Positions 17,800-27,755 of a DNA stretch of 64,000 nt are shown here, piece after piece (the first letter of the stretch is position 1; every line of letters starts with the position of its first letter). Position numbers and translations under genes: made by a program. The notes under the pieces are model-generated. The model was not told the DNA's origin. It made no database searches and saw only the letters and a list, made by a program, of their open reading frames with translations. The DNA comes from an uncultured delta proteobacterium (GTDB lineage: Bacteria > Desulfobacterota > Binatia > HRBIN30 > BPIQ01), in assembly GCA_963761335.1 (NCBI GenBank), contig CAVXGR010000018.1, forward strand, positions 224,001 to 288,000, read 5' to 3'.

Positions 17800-19485
17800 T
17801 CAGAGCAGCGCGCGTGCCGCTTCGCCGGTGGCGCTGACGGCTTCCACCTGGGCGATGACCACGGGCAGATCGCGCCCCAGACGGTCGAACTCGGCTTGAT
17901 TGCTCTCCAGGCTCGTCTCGGTGCGGATCTGCTCGATCTGCGCCGCGGCGCGCTGCTGGATCTCGGCGAGCCGCTGCGCCAGGACCTCGGCCGCCGACTT
18001 GCGCGCCGCCTCCGCGGTCTGCTCCCTCCAGGCGCGCTGCGCCTCGAGGTCGGCATCGACGCCGGCGCTCTCCAGATCTGCGAGCCCGGGGAGATACCAG
18101 CGACGCCACAGGGCGCGGCGCAGCAGCTGCACGTGGCCGTCGACGGCGCGTTGGCTGCGTTCTTCGGGCGACAGCTCGGCCGCGGCGGGTGTGGTTCGCG
18201 GTCGTTGCGGGGCGGTGAACGGCGCGCCGAAGCGGCCCATCTCCGCCTGGATTGCCTGATGTAGGGTCTGCGTCGCCGCCACGGCCGCATCGGCGTGGGC
18301 GGCCAGCGCTGCGTCCACTGCCGCCTTCAGCTCAGCGACGTCGCCGCGGCGGATCCAGCGGCGGCGCGCCGCGCGCAGCTGGCGCCGGAGGTCGTCCGCC
18401 AGTCGGCCGGCACTCTGCGTGGCTTCCTCGCCGGCGCGGGCGAGCGCCGTCTCCAGCTCTGCCTGCCGTGCCCGCGCCCCGGCGGCATCGCCGTCGGCGC
18501 GACTGCGGACCGCGTCGATGCGCCGGCGCGCCTGGCGCAGATCCCGGTCGAGAGTGGCGTGGCGGTCGGCGAGGAGCCGCTGCGCGCGCGTCAGCCAGCG
18601 GTGCGCGCGTTTCGCCGCCTCGCGCACCGCCGCCAGGTCGCGGGCGTTCGAACCGGCGAAGGCGGCGAGCGCCTGCCGAAAGGCCTCGAGGCCGCTGCCG
18701 GCGACGGCGCCGGAGTCGTGTCTCTGCGCCGCTTCGAAGCCGGCGCGGGCATCGACCAGGAACATGTCGTGGGCGCCGGCGACGTTGTGTCGCAGCGTCT
18801 CGGCGTGCCGCGAACGCTCCTCGTCGTCGAGCTCCCTGCACGCGGCATCGAGGTTCCAGACGACGAACAGCTTGCCGATCTCCGACTGCAGCCCGCTCAT
18901 CAAGGTTCGAGTGAACTGGGTGAACAGTGCCGGGTAGCGGACCACGAGGACGACCGCGTCGAGGGATTGCAGAGCCTCCGAGGTCACCGCGTCCAGCTGT
19001 GCCTCGCTGCCGACGCCCGGCGTATCCAGAAGGTCGAGCTGCCCCCCGAGATGCAGCAGGTCGAGGTCGGTCTCGACCACTACCTCGACGGCGTCGCCGT
19101 CGTGCTGGCGCATCAGCTGCTCGAGCTCATCCAGGGTCTCCAGCCGCCGCTCGCCGAAACGCCACGCCGTCGACGGGCCATAGGTGACCCGCAACGGGAT
19201 GGAGGTGAGCGGATCGAAGGCGACCGGCGACAGCGGGGCGCCGGCGATGGCGTTCAGCAGACTCGACTTACCCGCCTTCACCTCGCCGTAGAGAGCGATG
19301 CGCACCCGACGCCGCTCGAGCTCGGCGAGCAACGCGTCGATATGAGCGGTGTTGGCGCCCGGCAGCAGGACGGTGTGCGCGTCGAGGGCCTGCCGGGCTC
19401 GGCCCAGCGCCTCGTTCAGGCGTGTCGCCAAGGCACCGTAGCTGATCGGTGCCGGGGTCTGATCGTGGGGCTTGCTCTCCTGCAT
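17800..19485 (-). CDS. Dynamin-like GTPase
   Basis: G1 GEVKAGKSSLLNAI, G3 LLDTPG, long helical C-terminus. Confidence 0.8.
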   Translation of the reverse strand: MQESKPHDQTPAPISYGALATRLNEALGRARQALDAHTVLLPGANTAHIDALLAELERRRVRIALYGEVKAGKSSLLNAIAGAPLSPVAFDPLTSIPLRVTYGPSTAWRFGERRLETLDELEQLMRQHDGDAVEVVVETDLDLLHLGGQLDLLDTPGVGSEAQLDAVTSEALQSLDAVVLVVRYPALFTQFTRTLMSGLQSEIGKLFVVWNLDAACRELDDEERSRHAETLRHNVAGAHDMFLVDARAGFEAAQRHDSGAVAGSGLEAFRQALAAFAGSNARDLAAVREAAKRAHRWLTRAQRLLADRHATLDRDLRQARRRIDAVRSRADGDAAGARARQAELETALARAGEEATQSAGRLADDLRRQLRAARRRWIRRGDVAELKAAVDAALAAHADAAVAATQTLHQAIQAEMGRFGAPFTAPQRPRTTPAAAELSPEERSQRAVDGHVQLLRRALWRRWYLPGLADLESAGVDADLEAQRAWREQTAEAARKSAAEVLAQRLAEIQQRAAAQIEQIRTETSLESNQAEFDRLGRDLPVVIAQVEAVSATGEAARALL

Positions 19486-19603
19486 GGCATCTCCGGGAAG
19501 CGAGTTCAGCCCGCGACCATACGGGCTCGGCGCCGGCAGTTCAACTCGCCCTCTCTCGCCGCGAGTGCGTCGCCGGGGATTTGTGCTAAGTACCTTCGTT
19601 CCA

Positions 19604-22411
19604 ATGGCAGCGTCTGCTCCTGACCACCCGGCCCCGCGACGGCGCCCGTCGGCGGCCGCCGTGCTGCGCCCGGCCGTGCTTGCGGCCGAGCTGCTCGCCG
19701 GCGCCTACTTCGTGGCGCGCCAGCTGCCCGGGCTGTGGATGACCCGCTGGGTGCAGGACGATGCCTACATCAGCTTTCGCTACGCCCGCAACATGCTTCA
19801 CGGCCACGGCCTCGTCTACAACATCGGCGAGCGGGTCGAGGGGTATACGAACTTCCTGTGGACGGTGATCTCCGCGGTGCCGATGGCATTCGGCGCCGTC
19901 GATCCCGTGCCGTTCATGCACGTCTTCAGTCTGGCTCTGTGGATCGGTTCCTACCTTCTTCTGCTGCTCCTCGCCGTCTCCCTGTTCCGCAGCCGCATCT
20001 GGATGGCGCCGCTGGCGGTCATCCCGCTGACCTACCAGTGGTCGTTCAACATGTGGTTCTTCTCCGGGATGGAGACGCCGCTGATCTCCTTCCTGACCGT
20101 CCTCGTGCTCTTCTTCTTCGCGCAGGACCCCGAGCGCCGCCCCTTCTCTCTTTTCTGGACCAGCCTGGCGGGGGTGCTGCTGATCATGACGCGTCCCGAC
20201 GCGACCCTGGGCCTGGCCGCTCTGGCGCTGGTGGCGGTTCTGCTCTACGGGCCGCGGCTCCTGCGCGAACGCCGCTGGCGGAGCTACGTGGTCCTACCGC
20301 TGCTCCCCATGCTGTTGATCTATCTGCCGTACACCATCTGGCGGGTGAGCTACTACGGCTCCTTCTACCCCAACACCTACTACGCCAAGGCTGCCTATCT
20401 GACCTTCTACGATCGCGGCTGGCAGTATCTGGACACCTATCTCGACGTCTACCGTCTATGGCCCTATTTCGGGGTCTTCGTCGCCGGCGCCCTGGTCGCC
20501 CCGGCCGGGGTGGCGCGGCGTTTCCTCTGGGGATCGCTGGCGATGATCGCCACGGTCTTCTTCTACGTCGTTCGCCTGGGCGGCGACTTCATGGAGTGGC
20601 GCTTCGTCACCCCGGTGAGCAGCCTGCTGTATTTCGGCAGCGGCATCTCCGCCGCCGTGCTGGTGCAACAAACGGTGCGGCTGCTCGCCTGGGCGCTGAC
20701 CCGCCGGCGCGGTGCCGGTCTGGCGCTGGCCGGCGTTCTCGGCTGGACGGCCGGAGTGGCCGTGGTGTCACTGCTGGCCTACGACACCATCCGTGCCGAC
20801 GAGGCGGCCCAGGGCACGAAGATTCCCGGTCAGGAGACGATTGCACTGCTGCGTCGCTACTGCGACCCGGGCCGCTTCGACTGGGTGACGGTGGGCAAGG
20901 TGCTGGACGGCATCTTGCCGAAGAACATCACCATGGCCACCACCTCGGCGGGCGCGATTCCGTTCTACTGCGATCGTACGTGCGTCGACCTGCACGGCCT
21001 CACCGACGCCAGGATCGGCCATGGGCCGATCGACGAGGAGCACCGCGGCCGCATGGGTCACGAGCACTGGCTCAAGGATTACGGCGCCATGCGGGCTCGC
21101 GGCATCGACGTGTTCCTCTACTGGGCCGATCCCAAGTCGAACGCGCTGTCGCTGCTGAACCCACCGAAGGACAACGAGCAGATGGTCAGCGTACAGCTGC
21201 CGGACGGCCGCTACGTGGAGTTCCTCATTCTCAACGACAAGGCCTTCGACATGGAGGCGCTGCGCGCCGACCCGCGCCTGGTGCTCTTCGGCTCGAGAGG
21301 CATGCAAGACCCCCAGGACTTCTACGCCCTGCGCGATCGCTTCGCCTCTCTCGACGTGGTCGACGTCCTGAACGTCGAGAATCCAGAGTCGGAGAAAACT
21401 CATGAGTTCCATGAGATTTTCCTGCCCAAGGCGCCGTATGGCCACAACTGGCATACCAAGCTGCTCGGCTACGGACCGCCCTACGATCAGATCGTTCTCT
21501 CGGACGCGGGCCGGCGCCTCTACCACAGTGCCGAATGGACGGTGCACGACGTGCGCGCCGACGCCGACATGGTCATCGTGGTGCGCTACGACCACACCGG
21601 CGGCGGCGTCTACAGGCTCGAGGTGAACGGGCACGAAGTGCCGGGGCGGCTGGGCCTCGTCGGCGGTGTCGAGACCTGGGACGAGGCGTGGACCATCGTG
21701 CCGGCGGAGATGCTGCTGCCGGGCGACAACCAGCTCCGCCTGACGCGATCCGCCAAGTCTCACGCGGACTCCGAGATCTATCACTTCTGGTTCCTGCAGC
21801 GCCCGCAGGAGCCCGCCTGCCACGCCGAGATCGGCGGCGCCGCCGCCGAGCCGGAGGTGCAGTGCCGCATGGAGGTCGGTGGCGGCGCCCTCGCCGCCAC
21901 CGCCGAGGACACCGCGGCGGCGCCGCTGGTGGAGGGCTTCGCGCGCGTCATCCGCTCGACCAATCGCGATCCTCGCTACGGCGGGCACCGCGGGCCGGAC
22001 ATGTCGTACTTCGCCTACGCCCGCGATGAGCCGGAGGAGGTGGTCTGGGAGACGGCGCCAAGCCCGGCGAGCGGCCCGGTGGAGTTCGCCTTCGAAGGGT
22101 CCAGCGGCGAGGATCCGGGGCGGGCGGCGCTCTTCGTCGACGGCCGCTTCGTATTGCTGTTCGACACCGGCAGAGACAGCGGCAATCTGGTGTGGACCGC
22201 GGGGGGCTACCGCCTGGAGTTCGTGCCGCGGGCCCGCATCGCCGGGTACTCCGGTTACTACCGCCTGCGGGTTCCGGCGGGTGTGGTGCAGGCGCGCACC
22301 GCCGCGGTTCTCGGTGTCGAGATGGTCAGCGGCGAGCGGCGTTCGTGGTTCATGCTCAAGGCCTACGGAGACACGATCCCGTACGAGAAGGTATCCTCGG
22401 CTGTGCCCTGA
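19604..22411 (+). CDS. GT-C type membrane glycosyltransferase-like protein with a large extracytoplasmic C-terminal region
   Basis: DDAYISFRYARN, GERVEGYTNFLW, SGMET, TRPD, PNTYYAK, GGDFMEWRF, DLHGLTD. Confidence 0.75.
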   Translation: MAASAPDHPAPRRRPSAAAVLRPAVLAAELLAGAYFVARQLPGLWMTRWVQDDAYISFRYARNMLHGHGLVYNIGERVEGYTNFLWTVISAVPMAFGAVDPVPFMHVFSLALWIGSYLLLLLLAVSLFRSRIWMAPLAVIPLTYQWSFNMWFFSGMETPLISFLTVLVLFFFAQDPERRPFSLFWTSLAGVLLIMTRPDATLGLAALALVAVLLYGPRLLRERRWRSYVVLPLLPMLLIYLPYTIWRVSYYGSFYPNTYYAKAAYLTFYDRGWQYLDTYLDVYRLWPYFGVFVAGALVAPAGVARRFLWGSLAMIATVFFYVVRLGGDFMEWRFVTPVSSLLYFGSGISAAVLVQQTVRLLAWALTRRRGAGLALAGVLGWTAGVAVVSLLAYDTIRADEAAQGTKIPGQETIALLRRYCDPGRFDWVTVGKVLDGILPKNITMATTSAGAIPFYCDRTCVDLHGLTDARIGHGPIDEEHRGRMGHEHWLKDYGAMRARGIDVFLYWADPKSNALSLLNPPKDNEQMVSVQLPDGRYVEFLILNDKAFDMEALRADPRLVLFGSRGMQDPQDFYALRDRFASLDVVDVLNVENPESEKTHEFHEIFLPKAPYGHNWHTKLLGYGPPYDQIVLSDAGRRLYHSAEWTVHDVRADADMVIVVRYDHTGGGVYRLEVNGHEVPGRLGLVGGVETWDEAWTIVPAEMLLPGDNQLRLTRSAKSHADSEIYHFWFLQRPQEPACHAEIGGAAAEPEVQCRMEVGGGALAATAEDTAAAPLVEGFARVIRSTNRDPRYGGHRGPDMSYFAYARDEPEEVVWETAPSPASGPVEFAFEGSSGEDPGRAALFVDGRFVLLFDTGRDSGNLVWTAGGYRLEFVPRARIAGYSGYYRLRVPAGVVQARTAAVLGVEMVSGERRSWFMLKAYGDTIPYEKVSSAVP

Positions 22412-22416
22412 GCCCT

Positions 22417-22440
22417 GGGAGCGCGGCCATCCTGGCCGCT
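22417..22440. repeat. Short REP-like palindrome GGGAGCGCGGCCATCCTGGCCGC
   Basis: Also at about 38269-38291 and as an inverted pair at 53587-53655. Confidence 0.6.
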
Positions 22441-22518
22441 CCTCGTCCTGTTCTCCCAATCCGGGTCGCGCCCGCCTCTTTCGTTTTTCAGCCCCGATCG
22501 CGTAACCTCCCCGCAGCC

Positions 22519-23718
22519 ATGCCGCTGCGCCGCAAGCTCTTCTGGGTGTCGCTGCTCTACTTTGCCGAGGGCTTCCCCTTCGGCATTGCGGTGGACAATC
22601 TCCCCGTCTACTTCCGCGTGCACGGCGTCGCCCTCGCCGACATCGGCCTGCTGAGCCTGCTCGGCATGCCGTGGACGTTGAAAGTCCTGTGGGCGCCGCT
22701 GGTCGATCGTTTCGGCGAACGGCGCCGATGGGTGAGCGGCTGTCTGCTGGCGATGGCGCTTCTCCTGGCGCTGCTGCCGCTGCTCGATCCGAGCCGTCCG
22801 GGGCTGTGGATGTGGGCTCTCCTCTTCGCCTTCACCACCGCCTCGGCGACCCAGGACATCGCCATCGACGCCTACACCATCGGCCTGCTCGGCCCCGGGG
22901 AGGAGGGCGTCGCCAACGGTGTGCGCGTCTCGGCCTGGCGAGTGGCGCTGATTGTCGGCGGCGGCGGTCTGGTGATCCTTGCGGGCACCGTCGGCTGGCG
23001 GGCCGTCTTCTGGGCCGCTGCCGGGATCTGTCTGCTGCTGTCCGCTGGCGCCTGGCGGAGCCCTGCGATGGCGGCGCGCGGCGACGCCGGCGAGGAGTGG
23101 TTCGCGCCGCTGTGGGCGTGGCTGCGCCGCCCCGGAGCACCGCTCATCTTTCTCTTCGTCCTCACCTACAAGCTCGGCGACGCCAGCATGGGGCCGATGA
23201 TCAAGCCGTTCTGGGTCGACCGCGGCCTCAGCGTCGAGGAGATCGGCCTGGTGTCGACCTCCTTCGGGGTGCTGGCCAGCATCGGCGGCGCCCTCGCCGG
23301 CGGCGTGCTGACGACCCGCTGGGGGATCTTTCGCGGCCTCTGGCTGCTGGGATTGTTGCAGGCGTTCTCCAATCTCGGCTACGCCATGGTGGCCTGGGGG
23401 GGTGGCGGGCGGCCGGCGATCTATGCGGCTTCCCTGTTCGAGAGCTTCACCGGCGGCCTCGGCACGGCTGCCTTCCTGGCCTTCCTGATGCACATCTGCG
23501 ACAAGCGGCGAGCGGCTACCGAGTACGCGCTGCTCACGGCGATCTTCGGCTTCACCCGCTCGCTTGCCGGCGGCGCCAGCGGCTGGGGTGCCGCCCATCT
23601 GGGCTATGCCGCCTACTTCGCCCTGACCTTCGTGCTCGCCTTCCCGGCCTATGCCCTACTGCCCTGGGTGAGGCCATGGGCAGAAGAAGGCTTTGCCCAA
23701 TTCCCAGCGGAGCGCTAG
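22519..23718 (+). CDS. ampG: AmpG-like MFS muropeptide permease
   Basis: LYFAEGFPFG, PWTLKVLWAPLVD, SATQDIAIDAY, YKLGD, ATEYALL. Confidence 0.8.
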   Translation: MPLRRKLFWVSLLYFAEGFPFGIAVDNLPVYFRVHGVALADIGLLSLLGMPWTLKVLWAPLVDRFGERRRWVSGCLLAMALLLALLPLLDPSRPGLWMWALLFAFTTASATQDIAIDAYTIGLLGPGEEGVANGVRVSAWRVALIVGGGGLVILAGTVGWRAVFWAAAGICLLLSAGAWRSPAMAARGDAGEEWFAPLWAWLRRPGAPLIFLFVLTYKLGDASMGPMIKPFWVDRGLSVEEIGLVSTSFGVLASIGGALAGGVLTTRWGIFRGLWLLGLLQAFSNLGYAMVAWGGGGRPAIYAASLFESFTGGLGTAAFLAFLMHICDKRRAATEYALLTAIFGFTRSLAGGASGWGAAHLGYAAYFALTFVLAFPAYALLPWVRPWAEEGFAQFPAER

Positions 23719-23765
23719 TGTGCCTGAGGACACCTGGCTGGGCTGATCGGAACGGGTGAACACAA

Positions 23766-25064
23766 GTGATTGGGCGGTATGGAGGCGCCGATCGCGACCT
23801 TGCGGCAAGGGGTCCGAACGTAGCGGCGGTATCCCTGACCCTGGCGGCGGCGACCGCGGTTCTCATCTCCGTCATGTGGGGCCTGCGCTGGTTCGTCTAT
23901 GGGGCGGTGCCGGCCGAACAGTACACGCTGCTGGGAGCGGTGGTCTTCGTCCCCAACCTGGCGGTCGCCCTCTGGCGCGGGCGGCTGCCCGCGTGGATCC
24001 TTGCCGTCAATCTCGGCGCCGCGATCCTGGCGGTCACCATCGGCATTCACTTCGGCGGCGGCGTTGACAACGTCAGCGGGCCACTGCTCTACGCCTTGTT
24101 GATCGGGCTCGCCGGGCTGATGGCCTCGGGCCGCGCCGCCTTCGGCGCGGCGCTCGGCAGCACGGCGCTCTACGGAGCCCTGGTGTGGGCGGAGCGCTCG
24201 GGCCTCTTGCAACACCATCTGCCGTACAGCAAGTCGGGAGAGGATGCGCTCGCCACGGTGATCGCCGTGGGAACCTATCTGCTGGTCGTCGCCTGGTTGG
24301 TCTCCTACACCGTGTCGCAGATCCACCGGGTGCACCGCCGTCTGGACGATCTGCGCGCCGATGCCGTGAATGCCCTGTCGCACGACCTGAAGAACCCCCT
24401 CGGCATCATCCACAGCGCCGCGGAGATGGCGGCCGAGGCCGAGCCGCGCGAGGTTCCCGCCCATCTCGAGCGCATCCAGCGCGGCGTGCTCACGGCTCTC
24501 GGCCTGGTCCACAACGTCCTCGATGCGGCGGCGCTCGACCAGCACATGATGCAGCCGCGACTGGTCGCACTGGACCTTCGCAAGTTGGTGGGAGAGACGG
24601 TGGATCTGTACGGCTCGGCCGCCGCGGCGAAGCGCCTGCAGGTAACCACCGAGCTTGCCGACGACCTGCCGCCGTTGCGCGGCGATGCGCCTCTTCTCGG
24701 TCGGGCGCTGGGCAATCTGCTGTCGAACGCCATCAAGTTCACTCCCGAGGGAGGAAGCATCGCGATTCGGGTCGTTCCCCATGGCGATGGCGCCGCGGTG
24801 ACGGTTTGCGACACTGGCCGCGGCATTCGTCCGGAAGACCGGACGCGGCTCTTCCAGAAGTTCAGCCGTATCGAATCCGGAGCCCGACAAGAGGGCACCG
24901 GCCTTGGGCTCTATATCGTGCGCGCCATTGTCGAAGCCCATGGCGGCCAGGTCAGCGTCGACGGCGCCGCGGCCGGCGGCACCGAGTTCGTCCTGGAGCT
25001 GCCGCGCGACCCGGCTGCGGGGAGGGAAGAGGAGAGAAGAGAATGTAAAATGAAGAACCGGTGA
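23766..25064 (+). CDS. Membrane-bound sensor histidine kinase
   Basis: TM-rich N-terminus; SHDLKNPL, NLLSNAIKF, DTGRGI, GTGLGL; start uncertain. Confidence 0.9.
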   Translation: MIGRYGGADRDLAARGPNVAAVSLTLAAATAVLISVMWGLRWFVYGAVPAEQYTLLGAVVFVPNLAVALWRGRLPAWILAVNLGAAILAVTIGIHFGGGVDNVSGPLLYALLIGLAGLMASGRAAFGAALGSTALYGALVWAERSGLLQHHLPYSKSGEDALATVIAVGTYLLVVAWLVSYTVSQIHRVHRRLDDLRADAVNALSHDLKNPLGIIHSAAEMAAEAEPREVPAHLERIQRGVLTALGLVHNVLDAAALDQHMMQPRLVALDLRKLVGETVDLYGSAAAAKRLQVTTELADDLPPLRGDAPLLGRALGNLLSNAIKFTPEGGSIAIRVVPHGDGAAVTVCDTGRGIRPEDRTRLFQKFSRIESGARQEGTGLGLYIVRAIVEAHGGQVSVDGAAAGGTEFVLELPRDPAAGREEERRECKMKNR

Positions 25065-25151
25065 CCGGTGACGTAAAACCGGCAAACGGCGCACACCCGT
25101 TACCATTGCCCGGTTCTCCATCACCGGTCACCGGTTTTTCATTTTACATTC
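25041..25151. repeat. 31-bp inverted repeat with 7-bp periodic units
   Basis: gaatgtaaaatgaagaaccggtgaccggtga ... tcaccggtcaccggtttttcattttacattc; overlaps the kinase 3' end. Confidence 0.8.
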
Positions 25152-25220
25152 CTCCGCGCCGATTTGCGCGCCGCGCTTCTTCGCGGTACTCGATCGCCCT
25201 CAGCAGGGGGAGGGAGAGAT

Positions 25221-27440
25221 ATGCGACGCTGGATGGTGGCCGTCCTGGCCTGCGCGGCGGCGGCGGGCTGTAAGGGCAAGCATCTCGGTCCGGGCGAGAT
25301 CAGCGGCAACAAGGTTCCCGACGAGGTTGTGAAGTCGCGCGGCGAGGTGCAGCGTGCGGCGCTGCATCAGCTCGCCCCGGACGCGGGGCCCGCGGAGGAG
25401 AGCGAGCAGATTCTCTTCGGAGATCTGCACGTGCACACGACCTTCTCCGCCGACGCCTTCATGCGCAGCCTGCCGATGCTCCAGGGTGAGGGCGCACATC
25501 CGCCGGCCGACGCCTGCGACTACGCCCGCTTCTGCTCGAATCTCGATTTCTGGAGCATCAACGACCACGCCGAGGCGATCTCGCCGCAGCACTGGAAGGA
25601 GACCAAGGAGAGCATCCGCCAGTGCAATGCCGCCGCCGGCGATCCGCGCAACCCGGACATCGTCGCCTTTCTCGGCTGGGAGTGGACGCAGGTCGGGCAG
25701 ACCAAGGAGGACCACTACGGCCACAAGAACGTCATCTTCCGCGACACCGACGAGGACAAGGTGCCGGTGCGGCCGATCAGCGCCCTCAGCCCGCGCCTGG
25801 TCGGCGCGCTGCAGAAGGCGCCGCCACTATGGCAGCGCCTGGAGTTTCCTCTCTTCGACTGGTCGAACCGCCAGCGATACTTCGATTTCGCCGCCTACCA
25901 GCAGGAGCTGCGCGACACCCCTCTCTGTCCGAAGGGCGTCGACGTGCATGCCCTGCCGGCGAGCTGCCAGGAGTCGGCGCAGCGCCCCGACGAGCTCTTC
26001 GAGAAGCTCTCGCAATGGGGCTTCGACACCATCGTCATTCCGCACGGCACCACTTGGGGCTTCTACACGCCGCCGGGCTCGAGCTGGGACAAGCAGCTCA
26101 AGGGCACCGAGCACGATCCCGACAAGCAGCGGCTGATCGAGATCTACTCGGGACACGGAAACTCGGAGCAGTACCGCGCCTGGCGCGAGGTTGAGTTCGA
26201 CGCCGAGGGCCGCGCCGTGTGCCCGGCCCCCACCAAGGACTATCTGCCGTGCTGCTGGCAAGCGGGAGAGCTGATCCGCGCCCGCTGCGGAAGCGCCGCG
26301 CCCGAGGAGTGCGAGCGCCGTGTCGAGGCGGCGCGCCACAACTATCTCGCCGCCGGCGTCGCCGGCCACCTGACCGTCCCCGGCGCCACCATCGACGACT
26401 GGAAGGACTGCGGCCAGTGCCGCGACTGCTTCAATCCCTCATTCAACCTCCGTCCGAAGAGCTCGGTGCAGTACATCACGGCGATCTCCAACTTCGATGA
26501 CCCGCAGCACCCGCGCCGCTTTCACTTTGGCTTCATCGGCTCGAGCGACAACCATTCGGCTCGCCCGGGTACCGGCTACAAGGATTACCAGCGGCGCATG
26601 ATGACCGAGACCACCGGACCGAAGAGCGAGGCGTGGCTGCGGCGGCTACTGCCACCGCCACAGCCGCGCAGCCCCGAATCGGTGCCCTTCGACCAGAATC
26701 ACTCCGATCTGCAGGTGTTCAACATCCTGGAGACCGAACGGCAGGCGTCCTTCTTCATGACCGGCGGCCTGGTGGCGGTGCACGCGATGGGCCGCGACCG
26801 CGACTCGATCTGGGCGGCGCTCAAGCGGCGCGAGGTGTACGGCACCAGCGGCGACCGCATCCTGCTGTGGTTCAATCTGCTGAATGGATCGCAGGGAAAG
26901 GCGCCGATGGGCTCCGAGGTGCGCATGGCGGAGAACCCGCACTTCCGCGTGCGCGCCATCGGCTCCTTCAAGCAGAAGCCGGGCTGCCCCGACTACGCCG
27001 TGCACGCGCTCTCGCCGCAGCGGCTCGAGTACCTCTGCCGCGGCGAGTGCTACAACCCCTCCGATCAGCGCCGCCGGATCACCCGCATCGAGGTGGTGCG
27101 CATCCGCCCGCAGCAGCGCCAGGACGAGCCGGTCGGCGACCTGATCGAGGATCCTTGGCGCATCTTCGCCTGCGCTCCCGATGAGGCCGGCTGCGCCGTC
27201 GAGTTCGAGGACCCGGAGTTCGCCACCGCCGCTCGGGACGCCACCTACTACGTGCGCGCCATCCAGGAGCCGACCATGGCGATCAACGCCGGCGGCCTGC
27301 GCTGCAAGTACGACAAGCAGGGCGAGTGCGTGCAGGTGAACCCCTGCTACGGCGACTACCGCACGCCCTTCGACGACGACTGCCTCGCCGAGAACGAGGA
27401 GCGCGCCTGGTCGAGCCCGATCTATCTCGACGCGGATTGA
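25221..27440 (+). CDS. DUF3604 family protein (PHP-like metallohydrolase fold), probable lipoprotein
   Basis: Lipobox-like AAAGC; FGDLHVHT, INDHAE, GWEWT, IPH, GFIGSSDNHSARPG, RREVYGTSG, YYVRAIQEPT, ERAWSSPI. Confidence 0.85.
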   Translation: MRRWMVAVLACAAAAGCKGKHLGPGEISGNKVPDEVVKSRGEVQRAALHQLAPDAGPAEESEQILFGDLHVHTTFSADAFMRSLPMLQGEGAHPPADACDYARFCSNLDFWSINDHAEAISPQHWKETKESIRQCNAAAGDPRNPDIVAFLGWEWTQVGQTKEDHYGHKNVIFRDTDEDKVPVRPISALSPRLVGALQKAPPLWQRLEFPLFDWSNRQRYFDFAAYQQELRDTPLCPKGVDVHALPASCQESAQRPDELFEKLSQWGFDTIVIPHGTTWGFYTPPGSSWDKQLKGTEHDPDKQRLIEIYSGHGNSEQYRAWREVEFDAEGRAVCPAPTKDYLPCCWQAGELIRARCGSAAPEECERRVEAARHNYLAAGVAGHLTVPGATIDDWKDCGQCRDCFNPSFNLRPKSSVQYITAISNFDDPQHPRRFHFGFIGSSDNHSARPGTGYKDYQRRMMTETTGPKSEAWLRRLLPPPQPRSPESVPFDQNHSDLQVFNILETERQASFFMTGGLVAVHAMGRDRDSIWAALKRREVYGTSGDRILLWFNLLNGSQGKAPMGSEVRMAENPHFRVRAIGSFKQKPGCPDYAVHALSPQRLEYLCRGECYNPSDQRRRITRIEVVRIRPQQRQDEPVGDLIEDPWRIFACAPDEAGCAVEFEDPEFATAARDATYYVRAIQEPTMAINAGGLRCKYDKQGECVQVNPCYGDYRTPFDDDCLAENEERAWSSPIYLDAD

Positions 27441-27448
27441 GTGACTTA

Positions 27449-27630
27449 GCCCCAATCCGAAAGAAGAGGCGAACCGCAGAGACGCAGAGGAGGCAGAGAA
27501 GTCAATGTTCTCCAGCCGTCGGGGGATACCTTTCGAGCGTACTATCTCGATCGCGGACGGAATTCAGCTCTCTTGAGTTTCTCTCGGCATCGACTCTGCG
27601 TCTCTGCGGTTCGCCTCTCTTCTTGGGCTC
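27449..27630. repeat. Long inverted repeat (CGCAGAGACGCAGAG family), MITE-like
   Basis: gaagaggcgaaccgcagagacgcagag ... ctctgcgtctctgcggttcgcctctcttc. Confidence 0.8.
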
Positions 27631-27755
27631 GGTTGGCGTGGTGGCGAGCCGCCTGCGATTTGCAGCCCCCTGTCTTCAATGGCATTGCAATACTCCTTCG
27701 GAGCGCGAAATAACTCTTAACCGAGTCACCGAGTCACCGAGTCACCGGATTTCCG

